A stretch of 64,000 nt of DNA. Origin: Verrucomicrobiia bacterium. Its GTDB lineage: Bacteria; Verrucomicrobiota; Verrucomicrobiia; Limisphaerales; UBA8199. Where the stretch lies: positions 412 through 64,411 of the forward strand of contig DATDCV010000050.1 of the NCBI GenBank assembly GCA_036524155.1. The letters run 5' to 3'. Made by a program: the position numbers and the translations under genes. Every line of letters starts with the position of its first letter. The stretch's first letter is position 1. Below, in pieces: positions 57,292-64,000 of this stretch. Under the pieces are notes generated by a model. It searched no databases. It saw nothing but the letters and a program-made list of their open reading frames with translations, and was not told where the DNA came from.

Positions 57292-59876
57292 GGCTGCACG
57301 TTCCAGATCTCGCTCGCGTACTCGGCGATGGTGCGGTCGCTGGAAAATTTCCCGGAGGCGGCCACGTTCAGGATCGCCTTGGCGGCCCAGGCTTTACGGT
57401 CACGATTTAAATCCATGAGCAGCTGGTCGGCTTCCAGGTAGGATTTCAAGTCCGCCAGGTGAAGGTAATGATCGCCGTGGACCAAGAGCGAATCCACGAT
57501 GGGTGAGAAGATGCCGGGCTCCTTCGGGCTGAAGTGGTTGGCCGCGATCAAGTCCAGCGCCTCCTTGGTTTCCGGCTCGTTCTCGTAGTGCCAGCGCGGA
57601 TTGTACCACCCGCGCGATTTGGCGACCTCTTCCGCTGTCAGTCCGAACAGGAAGAAATTCTCCTCGCCCGCCTCCTGGACCATTTCGATGGTGGCCCCGT
57701 CCCGGGTGCCGATGGTCAGGGCGCCATTCATCATGAACTTCATGTTGCTCGTGCCGCTGGCCTCGTAGCCCGCAGTCGAGATTTGATTGGACACATCGCT
57801 GGCAGGAATGAGCCGTTCAGCCAGGCTCACACAATATTCCGGCAGGAACAGGACTTTAATGCGGCCACGCATCGTCGGGTCGGCGTCGATTGTGGCGCCG
57901 AGGTTGTTGATGAATTTAATAATCACCTTGGCGAAGTGGTAAGCCGGGGCCGCTTTTCCGGCGAAGAGGAAGGTCCGTGGAGGCAAGTCCAGCTTGGGAT
58001 TGGCGCGCAGCCGATTGTAAAGCACCACCACGCGCAGCGCGTTGAGCAGTTGCCGCTTATATTCGTGGATGCGCTTGACCTGGCAGTCAAAAATGGTATC
58101 GGGCTCGACCACTTGCCCGCTGACCTGTTTAAGCCAATCGGCGAATTTCGCCTTGGCATCGCGCGCGGCGCGAAGGAAAGACTCCTGGAAATTCGAATCC
58201 GCGGCCAAGCGTTTGAGCTGGCGCAACTCGTTCAAATCGCCAATCCACCGATCGCCGATGGCCTCGGTGATGGTCTTGGCAAGCGGCGGGTTGGCCAGCA
58301 ACAACCAACGCCGCGGGGTGACACCATTGGTCTTGTTGTTGAATCGTTCCGGGAACATGGCGGCGAAATCCGGCACGAGCTGCTTCTTTACCAGCTCCGA
58401 ATGCAAAGCGGCGACACCGTTGGTGCTGTGCGAGCCGACGATCGCCAGATGCGCCATGCGGACTTGCCGGCACGCTCCCTCCTCGATGAGGCTGACGCGC
58501 GCCACTCGCCCCTCGTCGCCGGGATACCGGCCCCGGACGTCATCAAGGAAGCGGCGATTGATTTCGTAGATGATTTCCAGTTGGCGCGGCAGCGCGATCT
58601 GGAACCACTCGACAGGCCATTTCTCGAGCGCTTCCGGAAGCAGTGTATGGTTGGTGTAAGCCAGCGTTCGCACGGTGATGTCCCAGGCGCTATCCCAGTC
58701 GAGTTTCCCCTCATCCAACAAGAGCCGCATGAGTTCCGGCACCGCCATTGTGGGATGCGTGTCGTTCAGTTGGATGGCAACTTTTTCCGGGAGCGTGCCC
58801 CACTCATTGCCCGCAGTGCGGAAACGGCGAATCAGGTCAGCCAACGAACAAGCCACCAGAAAGTACTCCTGGAGAAATCGCAGGCCCTTGCCCTGGGCCG
58901 TGCTGTCGTCCGGGTACAAAACTCGGGTGAGCGTTTCGGCGCCCAGCGACTCGGCAAGCGCCCCGACAAAATCGCCGCTGCTGAACTGCGCGAAATCAAA
59001 GCCGCGGGCGCCTCGCGCGGCCCAAAGACGCAGGGTATTGATCGTCTTGCCGGCGTAACCAACTACCGGCCGATCATAGGGTATTCCAGTCAGGATAGAG
59101 GGCCGGCCCGGGACCGGACGCAACTCGCCGCCGCGGAGCTCGAATGAGCAGTCGAGCTTCACCTCGACGGCTTTGTCATGGCGGACGACTTCCCAGGGAC
59201 TCGGCCGCGCCAGCCAGTGATCGGGTTGCTCAACTTGCCAGCCGTTGTGGATTCTCTGGCGGAACATCCCGTACTCATATCGCAACCCATAGCCCATGCC
59301 GGGCAACCCGAGCGTGGCCATGGAATCCAGGAAGCACGCGGCCAGGCGTCCGAGCCCGCCGTTGCCCAGGCCAGCATCGGATTCCTGTTCCAGGATTTGC
59401 TCCAGGTCAATGCCTTCGCGTTTTGCCGCTTCACGAACAACAGGGTCAACCAGGAGGTTGGTAATGTTGTTCGAGGTGGAGCGGCCGAGCAGGTACTCCA
59501 TCGAGAGATAGTAGACACGTTTGGGGTTCTTTCGAGTGTAGTGTTCCTGGGTGCGAATCCAGCGTTGGGACAGAAGGTCGCGGACCGAGCGAGCCAGCGC
59601 CTCGAACTTGTCCCGGGCCCCGGCGGCTCGCACCGGCATCACACTATCGAAGATCAGGTGCCGCTCATACAAACCGTTGGCCGAACCCGAAAACTGAATC
59701 GGGCCACAGCCGTACTGCTCCAGGAGTTCCGCTTCCGTCATGCGGCCAGGCCGATTGCCTGGCCCTGCAGCCTGGGCTGGTGGAGGCGCGGTGTTCGCCT
59801 GTCGTCGTTTGGCCTTAGGCGATGGTCCAGCGGTTTGACCTGCAGGAGATGTCGGTTTGAGTGATGGGCTATTCAT
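57279..59876 (-). CDS. glgP: glycogen/alpha-glucan phosphorylase (GT35)
   Basis: Has YLSMEYLLGR, GLGNGGLGRLAACFLDS, NDTHP and EASGTSNMKFMMNGALTIGTRDGA (PLP-Lys). The start is set at MNSPSL (59876) because the longer track ORF overlaps xfp. Confidence 0.92.
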   Translation of the reverse strand: MNSPSLKPTSPAGQTAGPSPKAKRRQANTAPPPAQAAGPGNRPGRMTEAELLEQYGCGPIQFSGSANGLYERHLIFDSVMPVRAAGARDKFEALARSVRDLLSQRWIRTQEHYTRKNPKRVYYLSMEYLLGRSTSNNITNLLVDPVVREAAKREGIDLEQILEQESDAGLGNGGLGRLAACFLDSMATLGLPGMGYGLRYEYGMFRQRIHNGWQVEQPDHWLARPSPWEVVRHDKAVEVKLDCSFELRGGELRPVPGRPSILTGIPYDRPVVGYAGKTINTLRLWAARGARGFDFAQFSSGDFVGALAESLGAETLTRVLYPDDSTAQGKGLRFLQEYFLVACSLADLIRRFRTAGNEWGTLPEKVAIQLNDTHPTMAVPELMRLLLDEGKLDWDSAWDITVRTLAYTNHTLLPEALEKWPVEWFQIALPRQLEIIYEINRRFLDDVRGRYPGDEGRVARVSLIEEGACRQVRMAHLAIVGSHSTNGVAALHSELVKKQLVPDFAAMFPERFNNKTNGVTPRRWLLLANPPLAKTITEAIGDRWIGDLNELRQLKRLAADSNFQESFLRAARDAKAKFADWLKQVSGQVVEPDTIFDCQVKRIHEYKRQLLNALRVVVLYNRLRANPKLDLPPRTFLFAGKAAPAYHFAKVIIKFINNLGATIDADPTMRGRIKVLFLPEYCVSLAERLIPASDVSNQISTAGYEASGTSNMKFMMNGALTIGTRDGATIEMVQEAGEENFFLFGLTAEEVAKSRGWYNPRWHYENEPETKEALDLIAANHFSPKEPGIFSPIVDSLLVHGDHYLHLADLKSYLEADQLLMDLNRDRKAWAAKAILNVAASGKFSSDRTIAEYASEIWNVQPCPV

Positions 59877-59913
59877 ATCATTCGTTCTATCCGTCTTATC
59901 CGTTGCATTGGTC

Positions 59914-62355
59914 CTATCTTCCGAGGTTCCCTGGCCACGTCCACCCGTCCATCTCCGGCTTGTCCATGCCGTGTTCATAGGCGTAGGCCTGGCATTCGAT
60001 TTGCATAAAGTGCAGCTTATCCTTGGCGTGAGCACCGCAGGCGCGCAGCGCCGGGACGCGATCGATTACGTCCATCGCAATCGTGAAGCGATCAATCTGG
60101 TTGCGAATGGCCAGATCCATTGGCGTGTTGATGTTGCCTTTCTCTTTGTAGCCGCGCACGTGCAGGTTCTTGTGGTTGGTGCGGCGGTAGGTGAGCCGGT
60201 GAATCAGCCACGGATAACCGTGGAAGTTGAAGATGACGGGCTTGTTCTCGGTGAATAGGGTGTCGAAGTCCCGGTCGGATAGGCCGTGCGGATGCTCGCT
60301 GGACGGCGTGAGCCGGAAAAGATCGACCACGTTGATGAAGCGGATCTTGAGATTGGGGAAATGCTCGCGCAACAGGACAACCGCCGCCAGCGATTCCTTG
60401 GTGGGAATGTCTCCAGCCGAGGCGATGACCACATCCGGCTCCGTACCCTCGTCGTTGCTGACCTGGGGCCAAATGCCAAGCCCTTTCGTGCAGTGCACGA
60501 TGGCCTGCTCCATCGTCATGTACTGGAGATGCTTCTGTTTGTCCGAAACGATGACGTTGATGTAGTTGGTGCTCTTGAGGCAATGATCCGCGACGCAAAG
60601 AAGCGTGTTGGCATCCGGCGGCAAGTAGATGCGGCAGACCTCGGGACTCTTGTTCACTACCAGATCGAGGAAGCCCGGGTCCTGGTGCGTGAAGCCGTTG
60701 TGGTCCTGGCGCCACACCGTGGAGGTGATTAACAGGTTCAAGGAAGAGATCGGCGCACGCCAGGACAACCCACGACAGCTCTCCAGCCATTTGGCGTGCT
60801 GGTTAAACATCGAGTCAATCACGTGCACGAACGACTCGTAGGTGGAGAAGAACCCATGGCGTCCCGTGAGCAGATAACCTTCCAACCACCCTTCGAGTGT
60901 GTGCTCCGAAAGGATCTCCATGACCCGGCCGTCGGGCGCCAGTTCGCCGCCATCGGCGTCTTCGGGAAGGTAATCGGCAAGCCAAAGTTTTTTGCTGGCT
61001 TCGTATACGTTATCCAGTTTGTTCGAGGTGTTTTCGTCAGGGCAAAACACGCGGAAATTCTGCATGTTGTTGCGCATCGTATCCCGCAAGAAGCGCCCCA
61101 AAGGCCGCGTGTTCTCCGCCGTTGTCGCCCCTGGGGCATCCACCTTGACCGCATAATCCCGGAAATTCGGGAGGCGCAGCGGCTTGCGTAGCAGCCCGCC
61201 GTTGGCGTGGGGATTGGCGCTCATGCGTCGCGCGCCTTCAGGAGCGAGGTCTTTCAGTTCAGGGATCAGCCGCCCGGTTTCATCGAACAGGTCCTCGGGC
61301 CCGTAACTGCGCAGCCACTCTTCCAACTGTTTTAAATGCGCCGGGTTTTCACGCACTCCCGCCAACGGCACCTGGTGCGAGCGCCAAAACCCTTCGACCT
61401 TGTGGCCGTCCACTGCTTTGGGCCCCGTCCAGCCTTTGGGACTGCGTAGAACAATCATGGGCCATCGGGCGCGGGTCGCTTTCCCACTCGCTCGGGCTTC
61501 CTGCTGAATGCGTTTGATCTCAAGAACACAGTTCTCGAGCGTCGCAGCCATTTTCTGGTGCATGTCCGCCGTGTCGCTCCCCTCCACGAAGTAAGGCGTC
61601 CAGCCATACCCCACAAACAGGCTTTCCAATTCGTCATGCGAAATGCGGGAGAGCACGGTGGGATTGTTGATTTTATAGCCGTTGAGCTGAAGGATCGGCA
61701 GCACTGCCCCATCGCGAATGGGGTTCAGGAACTTGTCGGAATGCCACGCGGCGGCCAGTGGACCGGTTTCAGATTCACCGTCGCCGACCACGACCGCTAC
61801 CAGCAGGTCGGGATTATCGTAGGCAGCGCCAAACGCATGAGAGACGCTATAGCCCAACTCGCCGCCCTCATGAATGGAGCCGGGCGTTTCGGGTGTGCAG
61901 TGACTGCCGATGCCGCCGGGGAAGGAAAATTCCTTGAAGAACTCGCGCATGCCCGCCTCGTCCTCGCCTTTGTTGGGATAGATCTCCGAATAGGTTCCCT
62001 CGAGGTAGGCCGGCGCCAGCACGCCGGGCGCGCCGTGTCCCGGTCCGGCCATGAAGATCGTGTTCAGATCGTACTTTTTGATCAGCCGGTTGAGGTGGAT
62101 GTAAATGAAGCTCAGACCCGGGCTTGTACCCCAGTGGCCGAGCAACCGCTGCTTGATGTGTTCCAACTTTAACGGTTCCCGGAGCAGTGGGTTCGCCCGA
62201 AGATAGATCATCCCGGCGGCCAGGTAATTGCACGCCCGCCAATAGGCGTCAATTTTGCTGAGCTCATCCTTTGATAACGCAAGTGGGGGTGCCACGCTCA
62301 TTTCGGCGCGGCGGGTTGGTTTTCGATCATCTACTACGGTTGCGGTCTCTCTCAT
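59914..62355 (-). CDS. xfp: xylulose-5-phosphate/fructose-6-phosphate phosphoketolase
   Basis: Has [43 protein letters not shown] and [16 protein letters not shown]. The length is 813 aa. Confidence 0.93.
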   Translation of the reverse strand: MRETATVVDDRKPTRRAEMSVAPPLALSKDELSKIDAYWRACNYLAAGMIYLRANPLLREPLKLEHIKQRLLGHWGTSPGLSFIYIHLNRLIKKYDLNTIFMAGPGHGAPGVLAPAYLEGTYSEIYPNKGEDEAGMREFFKEFSFPGGIGSHCTPETPGSIHEGGELGYSVSHAFGAAYDNPDLLVAVVVGDGESETGPLAAAWHSDKFLNPIRDGAVLPILQLNGYKINNPTVLSRISHDELESLFVGYGWTPYFVEGSDTADMHQKMAATLENCVLEIKRIQQEARASGKATRARWPMIVLRSPKGWTGPKAVDGHKVEGFWRSHQVPLAGVRENPAHLKQLEEWLRSYGPEDLFDETGRLIPELKDLAPEGARRMSANPHANGGLLRKPLRLPNFRDYAVKVDAPGATTAENTRPLGRFLRDTMRNNMQNFRVFCPDENTSNKLDNVYEASKKLWLADYLPEDADGGELAPDGRVMEILSEHTLEGWLEGYLLTGRHGFFSTYESFVHVIDSMFNQHAKWLESCRGLSWRAPISSLNLLITSTVWRQDHNGFTHQDPGFLDLVVNKSPEVCRIYLPPDANTLLCVADHCLKSTNYINVIVSDKQKHLQYMTMEQAIVHCTKGLGIWPQVSNDEGTEPDVVIASAGDIPTKESLAAVVLLREHFPNLKIRFINVVDLFRLTPSSEHPHGLSDRDFDTLFTENKPVIFNFHGYPWLIHRLTYRRTNHKNLHVRGYKEKGNINTPMDLAIRNQIDRFTIAMDVIDRVPALRACGAHAKDKLHFMQIECQAYAYEHGMDKPEMDGWTWPGNLGR

Positions 62356-62411
62356 GGTTTATGATTTTTGATTGCCGTCCGGATCACCGACCCGGAACAG
62401 CGGTTTCGGTG

Positions 62412-63653
62412 TTAAACGGTTTCGACTGTTGCTGTGTCTCTCTCTGGGATGTGGTTTTCTGCTGCCCCTTCCGAACGAATCACTCGCTTGGTTTCACGAA
62501 CAATCGTCAGATCCTCCCTGGTTGAAATGACCAGGATCCGTCCCGGGGAGCCGCGCCGAGCGATATCGGCATCGGGGTTGCAGCGCGCGTTGGCGGCGGT
62601 ATCGAGTTCCAAGCCAAGATGGCCAAGATTCTCGCAGACCAATTCTCGGACTTTCGCGGAATTCTCGCCCACACCCGCGGTGAAGACCAATCCATCCACC
62701 CCGCCAAGGGTTGCTGCCATAGCCCCGATAGTCTGCACGAGCCGATGGACATACACCTCCAAGGCCAAGCGAGCGTCAGGACTGGTAGGAGCCTCCTTCA
62801 GAATTTGCCGCATGTCCGATGAAATTCCTGAAATGCCAAGCAGGCCGGACTCGTAGTTCAGCGCGCTCTCGAGTTGTTCGACACTCAGACCCTGCCGTCG
62901 TAAAAGGTACAGCAGCACCCCTGGATCAAGGCTGCCACTGCGGGTCCCCATCACGATCCCGTCCAAAGGCGTGAAGCCCATGGAAGTATCCACACAAATG
63001 CCGTTGCGGACGGCTGAGACGGACCCGCCATTGCCCAAATGCGCAATGACGAGTCGCGAGCCGTTATGGCCCAGCATCTCAGCCGCTCGCCTGGCGCAGT
63101 AGGCGTGGCTCAAACCATGAAATCCGTAGCGATGAATTCCCCACTCCGTGGTCCACCTTCGGGGGAGGGCGTAGGTTTGCGCTGCCGCGGACAGGGTAGT
63201 GTGGAAAGCCGTGTCGAACACGGCGACCTGCGGAACCCAAGGCAGGATCTCTTCAATGGCGCGAATGCCTTGCAGGCTGGCCGGGTTGTGCAGGGGGGCC
63301 AGATCGCTCAACTCGTCGATGGCGCTCTTGACCTCAGGCGTAATCCGGGCCGCGGCCGTAAACCGCCTGCCTCCGTGAACCACGCGATGCCCGACGGCGT
63401 GAATGCCTTGAATGCCCGGCAAATGGGTCGAGGTTCCCGCCTGCAAGTCCAAGAGGATGCGCGCAAGCGCTTGATCCTGCTCGCTTGGGCCAAGTTCTTC
63501 CCGAATCTCCGCTTGCCCTGCAGACCGTAAGACCAGTCGCGTCGGCCGAATCGCCCAATCAATGCTGCCTTCGGCCAGAAGCAGTTCCTGCTCGGCCTCA
63601 TAGAGGCTGAACTTGACACTGCTAGAGCCCGAGTTGCAGACGAGAATGTTCAT
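62412..63653 (-). CDS. ackA: acetate kinase
   Basis: Has MNILVCNSGSSSVKFSLY, VGHRVVHGG, YGFHGLSH, IAHLGNGGS and FTAGVGENS. Confidence 0.93.
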   Translation of the reverse strand: MNILVCNSGSSSVKFSLYEAEQELLLAEGSIDWAIRPTRLVLRSAGQAEIREELGPSEQDQALARILLDLQAGTSTHLPGIQGIHAVGHRVVHGGRRFTAAARITPEVKSAIDELSDLAPLHNPASLQGIRAIEEILPWVPQVAVFDTAFHTTLSAAAQTYALPRRWTTEWGIHRYGFHGLSHAYCARRAAEMLGHNGSRLVIAHLGNGGSVSAVRNGICVDTSMGFTPLDGIVMGTRSGSLDPGVLLYLLRRQGLSVEQLESALNYESGLLGISGISSDMRQILKEAPTSPDARLALEVYVHRLVQTIGAMAATLGGVDGLVFTAGVGENSAKVRELVCENLGHLGLELDTAANARCNPDADIARRGSPGRILVISTREDLTIVRETKRVIRSEGAAENHIPERDTATVETV

Positions 63654-64000
63654 TTCAGATCAATCTGTCTCCGACCACCCATCCAACCTTGCAGTGAAGA
63701 TGAAGAGGTAACCGGCCAAAATCCAAAGCGTGATGAGCCTGGATATTCCTCCATGGGTTCATTCATTTGTCGACAAAAGGGAGATTTCGACCGGCTCTGG
63801 CGTCCCTTCGGACAAAGCATTGGGAGCCGAAGACTGGAGCTGCCGGGAAGAGAGCGCGGCCGGACTAGCAACCGGCCGCGCCCCTAAGCGCAAGCACATC
63901 AACCCATGTCCCTGGAGCTTGGGCGACGGCAGGAAAATCTTCGTCAAAGGAACAGCCTCAGTGGGTCTGCCGACGGTTTTGAATTGCCTCAAAGCGCGGC

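Noticed and set aside
59877-60035. Longer glgP start (track ORF 57279..60035).
   Set aside because: It would overlap the 3' end of xfp by about 120 nt, and it encodes a low-complexity N-terminus. The start is moved to 59876.

Overview
This is a high-GC bacterial chromosomal segment. Its gene content looks like the PVC group (Verrucomicrobiota/Planctomycetota-like). The cues are a prepilin-type '[24 protein letters not shown]' protein, PATR autotransporter-type repeats, and an ECF sigma factor paired with Ser/Thr kinases. This taxonomic call is an inference. All family names come from motif recognition by eye, with no database search, and start codons are often uncertain. I saw no rRNA, tRNA or CRISPR array.

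Gene content, left to right:
1. 1-4300: the tail of a large hypothetical protein, a secreted protein, an OprO/P-type porin plus yezD cassette, and a relic copy of the secreted protein's 3' end.
2. 4448-4962: a ParE/RelE toxin-antitoxin pair.
3. 4963-6297: a 1.3 kb stretch with no convincing ORF. It holds a GC-rich, highly structured ~270 nt element and a low-GC block of reiterated AATAAAGTTGGAAACTGA-like motifs.
4. 6298-14722: a long minus-strand run. It contains an MCE/Mla-type transporter with a PqiC-like lipoprotein, Hsp20, an LpxR-like deacylase, a receiver protein, a Cys-rich mini-protein, a thioredoxin-fold protein with SxxC, and a group 2/3 sigma-70 factor.
5. 15361-26590: a K+ channel coupled to a CBM48-like protein, an outer-membrane barrel plus lipoprotein plus a 1352-aa GH/LamG/PATR secreted protein, an AI-2E transporter, and small proteins (DUF883, GNAT, a zinc-finger-like protein).
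6. 27003-33467: a sulfur-assimilation island (Rrf2 regulator, DUF3034-like OMP, metY, DUF2934, second yezD, AstE/AspA-like hydrolase, prepilin-like protein, cysK). It is flanked by gene relics.
7. 33772-46068: a five-gene minus-strand signalling operon. The order is ECF sigma, two paralogous Ser/Thr kinases with reiterated extracytoplasmic modules, a hybrid GAF-PAS histidine kinase, and a sigma-54 activator.
8. 47135-63653: a co-directional central-carbon block, ackA-xfp-glgP-malQ-tal-pyk-fda-rpiB-tkt-glgX.

Most worth a second look: the signalling operon and its repeated sensor module, the unexplained structured element at 5193-5467, the relic-flanked sulfur island, and the glycogen-phosphoketolase supra-operon.
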